Below, in pieces: positions 20,251-30,624 of a stretch of 64,000 nt of DNA (positions are counted from its first letter, which is position 1; every line of letters begins with the position of its first letter). The position numbers were made by a program, and so were the translations under genes. Below the pieces are notes generated by a model. That model saw only the letters and a list, made by a program, of their open reading frames with translations, was not told the origin of the DNA and ran no database searches. Where the stretch lies: positions 1,219-65,218 of the forward strand of contig CAZZFF010000019.1 in NCBI GenBank assembly GCA_964653485.1, given 5' to 3'. This stretch comes from an uncultured Verrucomicrobiota bacterium. GTDB taxonomy: Bacteria > Verrucomicrobiota > Verrucomicrobiia > Limisphaerales > UBA8199.

Positions 20251-21777
20251 TCACTGCGCTCGGGGCTTTCGGCCCGCGATCTGACTTTCCGCAGACCAGG
20301 TCGAGCCGTTGTGTTGGTTCCCCGTCGTTGCGTAGCCTCTGGCGCGGATTCTGGCTTGAGGCGGCAAGGTCACGCCGGCAAGCTGCCAAACCCCGTCCTT
20401 GAAGGTCCCTTCCCCGAGGCCCACCCAGTCTGTGCCGTTGGTCGAGAAGTCGAAAGTAACCCGGGACTCCTCGGGGTTGGCTCTTCCCAGCCGCCAAGTG
20501 ATGGTCGAGCCGTCGTATGCCAAGCTTTGGATCGCGCGCGCGATGTTGCTGTGCGAACCTGCGCTCATACGCGCTTGCGAGTTGGTCCGAGAGCTCCCCT
20601 GTCCACCCACCATGATGCTTCCACCCGCGTGCGGGCCGGGACCATTGGCCGTAAAGCGCGCGCCCGATCTGGAAGCGCCGCCGAGGGCGAAGGAACCGCC
20701 AAAGCCGCCTGCGGGAACGCCCGTTTGTGTCCCCAGTTGGAGGAGACCACCTCCGGCTGGCGTTGGCGAAGTGAGTCCAAGCCCCGGGTCTGTGCTCGAC
20801 AGGCAATTCGTTTGAGGTCCCTGCCGCGGTGACTCGTCCGCCACACCGGGGCCGGCATTGTCGTCTTGGACCCGCGGGGGAGGCGAATCTGCCGGCGTGG
20901 CGGCGGTGACTTCTTTGGGGCCGGTTAAATGCGTTTTGGCCTCAGCGGCCGCCGCCATTGCGAACTGGGACGCCACTGGAGCAATACTCACCGGAGACCG
21001 ACCCAGAACCTGCCGCTTCGCTTTGTGGTTGGACGCGAACCAGAGGGTGCTTGCCGCCAGGACCACGGCCAGGCCTGCCAAAGCCAGCTTCGCCCCGGCG
21101 GCGGCGACTGGAACGGAGGTCGAGGCCGCCTTGGTGAGGGCTATCTTGGCCAGGCTGGCGCGCACGGCATCGGAAATGGCCGGGCGGCTCAGCAATAGGA
21201 GCCCTTGCAGGGCCGCGGCGTCGGTTACCTTGCCGCGGGCGCGCAATTTGCGGCGCAACTCGTCCAGGCCCTCCGCCAGGCGGCGCGATACGGTGGGCTG
21301 TGACATGGCCTTGGCGGCCGCGATTTCGGTCGTGTTATGGCCCTCCAGAAAGTGCATAGCCACCAGCTCCCGCAGGCCCTGCGGGAGTTCTTCGAGGGCT
21401 TCATCGACCGCGGCTTCGAGGCTCGGCCAGGCATGAGGCGCGCCGCTCTGGGCATCGAGGGCGTAAGTCTCCTCCCGGCGCCTGCGCGAGGCCCTCTGCC
21501 GAATCAAGTCCACCGCGCGGCGGGTGGCTACCCGATGAAGCCAACTGCCCAGCGAGCCGTTGATGCGGCCCGCGCTTTTCGAGAATTGGAGGAACGTCTC
21601 CTGGGCCGCATCGGCAGCCTCGACGTCATCGCCCAGGATGCGGCGACAGGTCCCATAGACCATGGCCCCGTGGCGGTCCACAATGGCGCCGAAGGCCTCC
21701 TGGTCGCCCAGGCGGGCGAAACGCGTCGCCAGCGCCCGGTCGGTCTCTTGCAGGTCCAGGCTTTCGAGCTTATTCAT
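20251..21777 (-). CDS. ECF sigma factor with TM helix and long extracytoplasmic C-terminal extension
   Basis: sigma2/sigma4 motifs (AADAAQETFL, LGSWLHRVA, TTEIAAAKAMSQPTVSRRL), TM LALAGLAVVLAASTLWFA, low-complexity linker, C-terminal beta domain. Confidence 0.85.
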   Translation of the reverse strand: MNKLESLDLQETDRALATRFARLGDQEAFGAIVDRHGAMVYGTCRRILGDDVEAADAAQETFLQFSKSAGRINGSLGSWLHRVATRRAVDLIRQRASRRRREETYALDAQSGAPHAWPSLEAAVDEALEELPQGLRELVAMHFLEGHNTTEIAAAKAMSQPTVSRRLAEGLDELRRKLRARGKVTDAAALQGLLLLSRPAISDAVRASLAKIALTKAASTSVPVAAAGAKLALAGLAVVLAASTLWFASNHKAKRQVLGRSPVSIAPVASQFAMAAAAEAKTHLTGPKEVTAATPADSPPPRVQDDNAGPGVADESPRQGPQTNCLSSTDPGLGLTSPTPAGGGLLQLGTQTGVPAGGFGGSFALGGASRSGARFTANGPGPHAGGSIMVGGQGSSRTNSQARMSAGSHSNIARAIQSLAYDGSTITWRLGRANPEESRVTFDFSTNGTDWVGLGEGTFKDGVWQLAGVTLPPQARIRARGYATTGNQHNGSTWSAESQIAGRKPRAQ

Positions 21778-21808
21778 GAGACTCTGTTCTTTTACAGCGG
21801 CGAACCGA

Positions 21809-24297
21809 TCAGGGCCAGCGCAGACGGTAGAAGCGACTTGGATACTTTGCCCACTGGGGATCGCTGAAATAAAACAGGCCGCCAGTGAGGAGATTCGTGG
21901 TCATCGGAGACCAGACGGGGCTGGTGAGGCTCGTGCTCGCCTCCACAACGACGGTCATGCCACTGGCCCAGTTGACGTTGAACCCGAATTGATTGGATTT
22001 AACCCCGAAGGCGGCATCACCGGTTTGCACCCGGGGAGTCCACAGGACGGTTGGGAGGCCGGTGGAGTTGGTGCTCCATCCTGTCGTTCCGGGAAGGTAA
22101 TAGACGGTTGCGGTGTCGCCGGAGAACGCTTCAAAACCGATGGCGGGAGCGTTACCCAGGAAATAGACTCCCTCAAGACTTAGGCTGTGCCAAAGCGCAT
22201 AGTTGCCGATGTTTGTGACGCTGTTCGGGATCGTGAGGTTAATCAGGCTCGTGCCGTATCCGAACGCCAAAGCTCCGATGCTGGCGACCCCGGCAGGGAC
22301 CGTATAGGTTCCGGCTCTGCCTGCGGGGAACTGAATGAGCGTCCGTTGGCTCTTGTCGAACAGGACTCCGTCCAGACTGCTGTATGCCGGATTGAGGGCG
22401 TCCACCGTTATCGCGCCAAGGCTGGCGCAGTCGCTGAACGCCGCATAGCCGATGCTGGTGACGCCGCCGCCAATGGCGACGTTGGTCAAGCCGGCGCAGA
22501 GATAGAACGCCGAACCGCCGATGTTTGTGACGCTGTTCGGAATCGTGAGGTTAATCAGGCTCGCGGAGTATGCGAATGCCCAATCTCCGATGCTGGCGAC
22601 GCCGTCGGGAACCGCATAGCTTCCGGCTTCGCCCGCGGGGAATTGAATGAGCGTCCTTTGGCTCTTGTCGAACAGGATTCCGCCCAAACTGCTGTAAGCC
22701 GGATTGAGCGCATCCACGGTGATCGCGGCAAGGCGGGTGCAGTATCTGAACGCCCCATCCCCGATGCTGGTGACGCCGTCGCCGATGGTGACGCTGGTCA
22801 GGCTCGTGCAGGAATAGAACGCCATCTCGCCGATGTTCGTGACGCTGTTCGGAATGGCGACGCTGGTCAGGCCGGTGCCGTCGAACGCACCGTTCCCCAT
22901 GCTGGTGACGCCGTTCGGGATCGCGATGCTGGTCAGACGGGTGCCCTCGAATGCCCAGGCCCCAATGCTGCTGACATCGGCGCCGATCGTGACACTGCTC
23001 AGGAGGGTTCCAGCGAATGCCGAGTCACCAATGCTGGTGACGCCGTCTCCGATGAAGGCGTTGGTTAGGCTGGCGCAGGAAAAGAACACGGAACCTCCCA
23101 TGTTGGTCACGCTGTTCGGGATCGTGACGTTGGTCAGAGCCGTGCCCTGGAACGCAGCGTTGCCGATGCTGGTGACGCTGTTCGGAATCGCGATGCCGGT
23201 CAAAGCCGTCCCCTCGAACGCAGAGTTTCTGACGCTGGTGACGCCGGCGCCTATCGTGGCGCTGGTCAGCCTGGCGCACAGAAAGAACGCGGAGTTTCCG
23301 ATGGTAATGACGCTGTTGGGGATCGTGACGCTGGTCAGTCCCGTGGCCAGGAACGCCCCATCCCCGATGCTGGTGAGGCCGGCACCCATCGTGACATTGG
23401 TCAGGCTGGAGCATTCAGAAAACGCGGAGTCCCCAAGGCTGGTAACGCTGTCCGGAATCGTGACACTGTTCAAGCCGGCCCCCCGGAACGCTGAGTTTCC
23501 AATGCTGGTAACATTGGTGCCGATCGTGGCGCTGGTCAGGCTGGAGCAGCTCGAGAACGCAGAGTTTCCGATGTTGGTGGCACCGTTGGGGATCGTGATG
23601 CTGATTAGTCCGCTGCCCTCGAACGCCGAGTCCCCAATGCTCGTGACGCCGGCGCCTATCGTGAGGTTGGTCAGACTGACGCACTCGGAAAACGCAGAGT
23701 CCCCCAGGCTGGTGACGCTGTCCGGAATTCTGACGCCGGCCAGATTGGGGCAGAAGCCGAACGCAGAGTTTCCGATGTTGGTGACGGTGTTGGGGATCGT
23801 GACGTTGATTAGCCCGCTGCCCTCGAACGCCGAGTCCCCAATGCTAGTGACGCCGGCGCCTATCGTGACGTTGGTCAGGCTGGAGCACGCCGAAAAGGCA
23901 AAGTCCCCCAGGCTGGTGACGCTGTCCGGAATTCTGACGCCGGCCAGATTGTAGCAGAAGAAGAACGCAGAGTTTCCGATGTTGGTGACGCTGTTGGGGA
24001 TCGTGACGCTGGTCAAACTGGCGTCTCGGAACGCATTAGTACCGATGCTGGCGACCGGCAGGCCATTGAGCATGCTTGGGATGGAGACGGACCCGCCAGG
24101 ACCAGTGTATCCCGTGATCGTGATCGCGCCGTTGTTGGTCGTGTAATTGAATTGGGCTTGAGCCACCGCAGGCAGCGTCGCCAGCGACAGCAGCAGCAGG
24201 CTGGCGCCCCAGGCGGCCCTCAATCGCCTGGCTCCCGCCTTTGGGCAGTGTGAGCCCGCGGAGGGCGTTTTCGATACGATGCAGATTTCTGTTTTCA
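21809..24297 (-). CDS. BspA-type leucine-rich repeat (LRR_5) surface protein
   Basis: Many 22-23 aa LTSVTIPNSVTxIGxxAF repeats after signal ...LPAVAQA; start uncertain (24297 or 24370). Confidence 0.92.
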
Positions 24298-24565
24298 TGG
24301 GTCGCCGCCTTCTGAATTCCCAGACCCCTTCATTGTGTCTCTTATCATTCATAAGGAGCCCTTTGCTCATAGCTTAGTCGGAGCCGGAGCCGTGATTTAT
24401 TCAGGGCAGGCGGGTTTATTGAGGCGGTGCTGACCTGGGCGGCCGGCCCAGGCTTGCATGGGCCGCGCCGTCGGCGCTATGAAAAGGCTAGCGGTTCGCA
24501 AAACGTTCCGCGGTGGGCGCTGTCCAATCTCCGTGCGTGCGCATTCCCGAAAACAAATTCGCGTC

Positions 24566-25822
24566 ATGAAAGCGGCGAATTCGCTCCTCTGCTGTCTCGC
24601 CTTCGCCGCGCGTGCGGGCCTGTCCGCGCAAGAAGCCACGCCAGCCCACGGCGGGCCGGAGGTCGTGCATACCGTCTATCTCGAATACCAGGAGGCCGAC
24701 CGCGGCCTCGTCTCCTGGGTTTTCCTGGTTCCGCTCCAAAACGCGCGGTTCAGCAAAGAGCCGGATTTCGGCCGGCGGCGAGTGTGCCGCGGGAGCCTGC
24801 GGCTGGGGAGCGAGCCCGAGGATGCCGTTCCTTTCGCGTGGGATCCGGGCCAGGCCAAACTTTACCTGGACCTCAACCGGAACGGGGACCTGACGGACGA
24901 CCCGAACGGCGTGTTTTCAGCCAGGTCGCGCAGCGATCAGACCTTTACGAACCTCCATATAGAATTCAAGACGCGCATAGGCACCCGTCGCCTGTTGGCC
25001 GATTTGAGCCTCTACCAGACGGGCCTCCGGTGGGGCAACCGGCTCATGGTTACGCTGGCCTGCCACTCCTTCTGGGCTGCCAAAGTGCTGCTGCAAGGCC
25101 AGGAATGGCAGGTGGGTCTTGTGGAGAATCTCGCCGGCCAAACTCCACGCCGCAACGGAACCATCGAAGTCGGCCTTGGCAGGCTGGGTTCGGCCGAGGA
25201 CGGCTACCTGCTGCTGCGCCCTTGGGAATCGCGGAACCAGCCTTTCAACCTGCAAGACGGCTCGCTGGACGGCTTCAACTTCCGCCGCGACCTCTTCATC
25301 GGCCACCAGGCATACCAGGTGGATTGGGCCTACGACCAGCATGACGGCGCGCCTGGATTCAAACTCGAATTGAGAGAGTGCTTCGCCGCGTTGGGAGAAC
25401 TCAGGCTCACCGGCAGGTTCATCCAACGGCTTGTCCTGACCGGCACGCCGAACCCGCCCGCTGCCGGGCCGTTCACCGTGGTGCTGGACAGGCCGGAACC
25501 GACGGTCAGAATCCCTGTGGGCAGCTATAGCCAATGCCGGATTCAGCTTGAGGCGGGAGGCGCGCAGGCCTGCCGCTTGGAGCAAGCGAGCCCGGTGATG
25601 CCGGTCGGCCCCAGCAACGCCGCCGTTCTCACCGCCGGCGGGCCGCTCACCAACACCGTGCGTATCGTTCCCGATGAGGGCTCTTTGTCGCTGACCTATC
25701 AACTGGTCGGGGCCGAAGGCGCGCTTTACCAGTTGCTGCACCAGGACCGGAGGCACCCCCCGAGCTGGGTGGTTTATCGGAAGGGCGAGGCCATCGATAC
25801 CGGCTGGTTCCGGTTCGGCTGA
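24566..25822 (+). CDS. Secreted hypothetical protein
   Basis: Signal-like N-terminus MKAANSLLCCLAFAARAGLSAQ; contains LYLDLNRNGDLTDD (Dx[DN]xDG-like Ca-binding loop); no family recognised. Confidence 0.7.
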   Translation: MKAANSLLCCLAFAARAGLSAQEATPAHGGPEVVHTVYLEYQEADRGLVSWVFLVPLQNARFSKEPDFGRRRVCRGSLRLGSEPEDAVPFAWDPGQAKLYLDLNRNGDLTDDPNGVFSARSRSDQTFTNLHIEFKTRIGTRRLLADLSLYQTGLRWGNRLMVTLACHSFWAAKVLLQGQEWQVGLVENLAGQTPRRNGTIEVGLGRLGSAEDGYLLLRPWESRNQPFNLQDGSLDGFNFRRDLFIGHQAYQVDWAYDQHDGAPGFKLELRECFAALGELRLTGRFIQRLVLTGTPNPPAAGPFTVVLDRPEPTVRIPVGSYSQCRIQLEAGGAQACRLEQASPVMPVGPSNAAVLTAGGPLTNTVRIVPDEGSLSLTYQLVGAEGALYQLLHQDRRHPPSWVVYRKGEAIDTGWFRFG

Positions 25823-25870
25823 GGGAGCACTTGCCGGTACTCATGGCGAGTACCACTGACCGCCACAGGC

Positions 25871-26827
25871 GTGCTCCAAGTCACCGCTTCCGAGGACCTG
25901 GGCGGCCTGGGGGCCAAAGACGGTCCGCCGGTCGACTATCAGCCGCGGAGACGGATGGCTCCGTCCGTCTCAACCACTGCGCTGAGGTCGGAAGACTCGC
26001 TGCCGCCGCTCGTGCCGGGGTTGGGGTTGCTGCTCCTGCTGGCGCTCAAGGCCAACCGCCGGCCTCGGGCCTGGTGGATCGGTCTGCCGGTCCTCTGCGG
26101 TCTTGGCCTGCGCGCGTTCTTGCCTGCCACGCTTCTTTCTCTGCCCGCCCAGGTTCCGGCGTCACTGGCCGCGGTGGTCCGGCTCTCCGCCGGTGGCGCG
26201 GCGTTGCCGCCCTCCGACCTGCTGGACATCCTCGTCCAAAGCGTCCCGGCCTTGGCCTTCGCGGTCGCGGCAGTGTGGTTGCTGGGGGATTACCTGCCCC
26301 CGAAGCACCGGTTCCTCACGTTCCTCGCTGTCCTATTCGTATTGGGCGGCCTGGCGGTGCCGCTGTCCTGCCAGCTTGATCTGGACAAAGTGGCGGGTCT
26401 CTTGGTCCCCGGCGCGAACGCGGATACCGACCTGGGAATCCCTGCCTGCGCCGAACTGACGGGGCTGGAGGCCTTGGTGATTGCCGTGTCACTGATGCTG
26501 GCAGGGAGGCTGTGCCGCCGATGCCACCCGTTGCGGCTGTCGCTTTGGCTGCTTGCCTGGTTATTGATCGTCTGGCTGGCCGTGGTCGTGCTCGTGATGG
26601 CAACAACAGTTGTGGTCGACAGCGCGCAGCCTTCGGCGCCGGCGATACTTGGCGGTGTGTTTGGCCTGGCGGGCTTCGACTTCGCGCTGCTGCTTCCGTT
26701 CCTGATTCTCTCCTGGACCAACGCGCTTTACCGTGCTCGGTTGGAGCGAATGTTGGGCCTGGAAGCCAGCGAATTGGCGGGCGGGGAGCATCCTGTCTCG
26801 AAGCCCGAGTGCGCGGACATTTCGTGA
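25871..26827 (+). CDS. Polytopic membrane hypothetical protein
   Basis: About 7-8 hydrophobic segments; follows the upstream gene; start uncertain. Confidence 0.65.
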   Translation: MLQVTASEDLGGLGAKDGPPVDYQPRRRMAPSVSTTALRSEDSLPPLVPGLGLLLLLALKANRRPRAWWIGLPVLCGLGLRAFLPATLLSLPAQVPASLAAVVRLSAGGAALPPSDLLDILVQSVPALAFAVAAVWLLGDYLPPKHRFLTFLAVLFVLGGLAVPLSCQLDLDKVAGLLVPGANADTDLGIPACAELTGLEALVIAVSLMLAGRLCRRCHPLRLSLWLLAWLLIVWLAVVVLVMATTVVVDSAQPSAPAILGGVFGLAGFDFALLLPFLILSWTNALYRARLERMLGLEASELAGGEHPVSKPECADIS

Positions 26828-26831
26828 CGGC

Positions 26832-27704
26832 TCAGATGGGCCGCCGGCCGCTCGGCGACCGCTTCGTGTTATCAAGCAGTTCGATGCCTGGTTTGGAAAA
26901 GCGAATGCGCCGGGCTTTGTAGAGCGTGCCCAGGGCTTGTTTAAAAGCGTTCTTGCTGACGCCGAAGGCGCGGCGAACCGCCTCGGGTGGGCTGTCGTCG
27001 TCCAAGCCCAGGCGGCCATTGCTGCGCTGGAGTTCGAGGACGATGCGCCGGGCCAGCGGCGCCACGCGCTGGTAACCAGCCTGGTCGAGGCTCAAGTCGA
27101 TTTTGCCGTCGGGCCGGAGCGCCCGCACAAAGCCCTTGAGTTTCTGGCCGACGGCCACAGGAATAGAAACGCCATCGTGGAAGAGCAAGCCTTGATGCTT
27201 GCCTCCCACCAGGGCTCTGTAGCCCAATTGTGTCTTTTCGGTGATGAGGAACTCCACCTGCTCCCCGGCCCGGAGGTTGGGCGGCTCAATTGCCGAGTCT
27301 CTGCCCAGTTTCATGGAGGCGACAATTCGCTGGGTCTTTTCGTCCAAGCAGACCCGCACGGCCACATCTTGGCCTACTCGCACCGGACCAGTCTGCTCGC
27401 TGAAGGGGAGCAAGAGGTCCTTGGGCAGTCCCCAGTCCAGGAAAGCGCCGACCTGGCGGTTGATGCTGACGACCTTGAGGGTGGCCAGCTCCCCGACGGT
27501 GGCGCGCGGGGTTTGGGTGGTGGCGACCAACCGGTCCTCCGAATCGCGGTAAATGAATACGTCGATCCGGTCGCCCGGTGCGAGCCCCCGTCTAATGTAG
27601 CGATTGGGCAGGAGAATCTCCCCGAGCTCGCCGCCGTCCAGATAAAGACCCGGGGTCGAATCTCGGAGGACCGTCAGAGTGTTGCGTTTGCCGATGTAGG
27701 CCAT
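26832..27704 (-). CDS. CvfB/YitL family S1-domain RNA-binding protein
   Basis: IGKRNTLTV, GEILLPNRY, VFIYRDSEDRLVATT, GAFLDWGLPKDLLLPFSEQ, FGVSKNAFKQALGTLYK. Confidence 0.9.
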   Translation of the reverse strand: MAYIGKRNTLTVLRDSTPGLYLDGGELGEILLPNRYIRRGLAPGDRIDVFIYRDSEDRLVATTQTPRATVGELATLKVVSINRQVGAFLDWGLPKDLLLPFSEQTGPVRVGQDVAVRVCLDEKTQRIVASMKLGRDSAIEPPNLRAGEQVEFLITEKTQLGYRALVGGKHQGLLFHDGVSIPVAVGQKLKGFVRALRPDGKIDLSLDQAGYQRVAPLARRIVLELQRSNGRLGLDDDSPPEAVRRAFGVSKNAFKQALGTLYKARRIRFSKPGIELLDNTKRSPSGRRPI

Positions 27705-27742
27705 GAGCTACAGCATACACGATCCAGAGCTTAAACGACCGA

Positions 27743-28735
27743 TCATAATCCCGCGACGGATGGCCGGGCCACGGTGATGGGGGCGGTGTGGAAAAAGTCT
27801 TCCGCGCGTCGCCGGAGGTCCTCCAGGGACAAGGCCCGTGCCAGGTCCACGTTGAATTGGTGGCCGAACTTGAAATTGGCCGCGTAGTACTTCGTAAACA
27901 TTTGCAGCCGCCGCAAGGCCGCGGCGGGCGGGAAATCCTCTGTTATATTCTGGTACATCCTGGCCCAGATGGCCGCGAGGTCCACACATCCAGGCCGGCC
28001 CCAGGTGGCAAAGACCCAGGGGCGGACCACGGCCATGCGTCCAAGCATGACCGCGCTCACGGACTGGAAATCGCCCGCCCGCGTTGACACCGCGTCCGGG
28101 CCGCTCAGGTCGCCATTAGCGATGAGCGGCAGACGGGTCAAAGAGGCCGCCCAGGGGAATATCTCGTGACGGGCTCGGCGCTTGAGTTTTTCTTCGAAGA
28201 ACCGCGCGTGCAGGATCACGGCATCCACTCCGCCGTCCTCGATCTGCCGCAACCGTTCCACAAAGGCTGGTTGCCATTCCGGGCGCTGATGCCCAAGCCG
28301 GATTTTGGCGGTGAGCATGTGTGGCCAGAGTTTCCGTACTTTGTGGAGCACGGCGCGCAAATCGTCGAGGTTCTCGAATAAGGCGCTGCCTGCCGCGTGG
28401 GAGCGAATCGATCTGGCGTTGCAGGCGAGGTTCAAGTCCAGGGCATCGGCTCCGGCCTCGCCCAAGCGGTCCACGATCCGTTCCAGCGGGTCCGCGGCGC
28501 TCACCATGAGTTGATAGACCAGGCAGCCTTCCTGCGGGCGGCGGCGCAGCCAGGGTGAGGTCTTGAAGTTCTCGCACAGGATTTGCCGGGCCGCCAGCAT
28601 CTCGGTCCACAGGGCGCCACAGCCCCCCAAGTCCGCTACCAGCCGCCGGAAGGCGCTATGCGTGTAACCCGCCAGCGGGGCGCAAAAGCGCGCCGGGGCG
28701 AAACGCCGGCCCCGGATGACACATTCATCGAACAT
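27743..28735 (-). CDS. tRNA-dihydrouridine synthase family protein
   Basis: APLAGYTHSAFRRL, LDLNLAC, GSAL, TAKIRLG, ILHAR, IANGDL, VMLGR. Confidence 0.88.
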   Translation of the reverse strand: MFDECVIRGRRFAPARFCAPLAGYTHSAFRRLVADLGGCGALWTEMLAARQILCENFKTSPWLRRRPQEGCLVYQLMVSAADPLERIVDRLGEAGADALDLNLACNARSIRSHAAGSALFENLDDLRAVLHKVRKLWPHMLTAKIRLGHQRPEWQPAFVERLRQIEDGGVDAVILHARFFEEKLKRRARHEIFPWAASLTRLPLIANGDLSGPDAVSTRAGDFQSVSAVMLGRMAVVRPWVFATWGRPGCVDLAAIWARMYQNITEDFPPAAALRRLQMFTKYYAANFKFGHQFNVDLARALSLEDLRRRAEDFFHTAPITVARPSVAGL

Positions 28736-28850
28736 CGCCGACGATGAACAACCGGGCGGGCTCCGCGGCCACCGCCCGCCGCTCTTCCACGCTCACCCGG
28801 GCGTCGGAGGCTCTGACTCTAGCTAAGCTCATGAAGCAACCCTATCCGCC

Positions 28851-30452
28851 TTGAAACCAAAGGGCAAAAACAAATCCCGTGGATTGGTCCTTGAAATCGG
28901 GGGGGACTTGCGCCACAACCCCATCGTGTCCATGAGTCCACCTGCAAGAAAGCGCCGGCGTTGGTTGAGAATTCTCGTTTGGTGTTGCGGGGCGGTCTTG
29001 GCGGGCTTCGCAGCGTTGGCGGCGCTGCTGTTGGTTCTCCTGAGCCGCGTTCCGAAATACTACCCGCCGGTCGCTCATCCAATAGAAATCGCCCGCGGCT
29101 TCGGGTCGGACACCGATTTGGAAGGCTTTGCCTCCCCTTACATCGGGCACACCGGCAGTTGGGACGGCAAGGGCGGCGCGATATTCGGCGGTTCAAAGGT
29201 CCCCGACCTGGACACGGACCAGGCGATGCACCTGCGCTGGACCTTCATGGCGGCGTACTGGAGGGCGCTGGAGCCTGGCGGCCCGGTGGACCTGGCAAGA
29301 GAGACTCCCGCGGCGTGGAAAGAGATGGACGCGTTCCTGGCGGCCGCCCACGCGCGGCGCCTGAACATCCTGATGCAAGCCCCGGTGGTCGGGGGCAATG
29401 CCGGAGGTCCGCCGAAATGGGCCGGCCGCCGTGAGGAGGGCAAGTCAGCGCCCGCCAATATGGAGGCGGCCGCGGCGTTCGCGGGTAAGCTCGCGGCCCG
29501 CTATGCCCCGGGCGGGACGTTGGCCAGGGAGCGGGGGTGGGGCGCGAAGTTCGGCGTGCGCGCGTGGGAACTCGACAACGAGCCGGATGGCTACCTGACA
29601 CACTGGAAGGGCCAGGCGGCCGATTATGCGGAATTTGTCACCAAGGTCGCGGCGGCCATTCGCCGCGAGGACCCGCGCGCGGTCATTCTCGGGCCTGGCA
29701 CGATGAGTTCGCGCAATGCCTGCCGATGGATTGAAGGGGCCTTGGACGCGGCGGCCCTCAACGGGTCGCCGGCCTACCGCGTCAGAGGGACGGCTTACTC
29801 GATTGGACCGGTATTGGACGCGGTTTCCTTTCATGTTTACGAGGGCTTGGATAGCGCCTTCTCCGGCGGGGATCGCACCGTGGAAGTCGTCTTCAGCGAA
29901 ATCCGGGGTCTCTTCGAGCGGTATGAAGACCGGTCTCCGAGGTTCCATTACGCAAGGAAAGAGCAATACTGGCATACCGAAGGCAACTTCGATTTTTTCG
30001 GGGTCCTGTCCAGGGAGCGGCGCGCGGCCTGGCGCATTCAGTTCTTCACCCGCGCCTTTGCCGCCGGGATTTCCAAGGTGGTCGTCATGGATGCCTCCAA
30101 ACCGGAGCAAGCCGCCGTCCGCGCTTATGTTGACGCCCTGCCTGACCCGTTTCCGATGCGGCGGGCCGGCGACAAAGTGAAAGTGGTGAGCGGAACCCCG
30201 GCCGTCTTCCTGCATTTGGACAGCACCAATGCGGACGCCGGTCGCGTGTGGGTCTTGTGGGCCACGGGCCAAGGCGGCGCGGAAGTGGACGTGCCCGCGA
30301 TACGAGCGCGCGTCATGCAAGTCTCCGCCGATGCCAGCCGCCTTCCGCTCGAAAGCCCCGGTCACACGGTGAGGGTCCGCCTTAAAGGCGACGCGAAGAT
30401 GGCGCCTCCGGTGCTGGTCATTGACCGGGAAAGGCTGTGGGGCTCCGATTAG
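28851..30452 (+). CDS. Membrane-anchored clan GH-A glycoside hydrolase (GH5/GH39-like)
   Basis: N-terminal TM; WELDNEPD acid/base motif, SFHVY, YWHTEGN nucleophile-like motif; start may be ATG near 28930. Confidence 0.75.
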   Translation: MKPKGKNKSRGLVLEIGGDLRHNPIVSMSPPARKRRRWLRILVWCCGAVLAGFAALAALLLVLLSRVPKYYPPVAHPIEIARGFGSDTDLEGFASPYIGHTGSWDGKGGAIFGGSKVPDLDTDQAMHLRWTFMAAYWRALEPGGPVDLARETPAAWKEMDAFLAAAHARRLNILMQAPVVGGNAGGPPKWAGRREEGKSAPANMEAAAAFAGKLAARYAPGGTLARERGWGAKFGVRAWELDNEPDGYLTHWKGQAADYAEFVTKVAAAIRREDPRAVILGPGTMSSRNACRWIEGALDAAALNGSPAYRVRGTAYSIGPVLDAVSFHVYEGLDSAFSGGDRTVEVVFSEIRGLFERYEDRSPRFHYARKEQYWHTEGNFDFFGVLSRERRAAWRIQFFTRAFAAGISKVVVMDASKPEQAAVRAYVDALPDPFPMRRAGDKVKVVSGTPAVFLHLDSTNADAGRVWVLWATGQGGAEVDVPAIRARVMQVSADASRLPLESPGHTVRVRLKGDAKMAPPVLVIDRERLWGSD

Positions 30453-30583
30453 AGGCTTGAGACCCGCGGCCCGCCTGCGCAGCGTATTACAGTTTGCTTC
30501 TCTTGGCGCATGAGACCAACGGCGGCACAGGCGAAAAGCCTGCCGCCCTTCGGAGATTGGCGAGATGGACACAATGACCACAA

Positions 30584-30624
30584 GATGCGTGATTTTCACG
30601 CGGAATGCGTGAAAATCACGCATC
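30584..30624. promoter_or_regulatory. Perfect 18-bp inverted repeat whose arms are each a palindrome GCGTGA-N3-TCACGC
   Basis: gatgcgtgattttcacgc-ggaat-gcgtgaaaatcacgcatc read directly; upstream of the LuxR-type gene. Confidence 0.7.
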
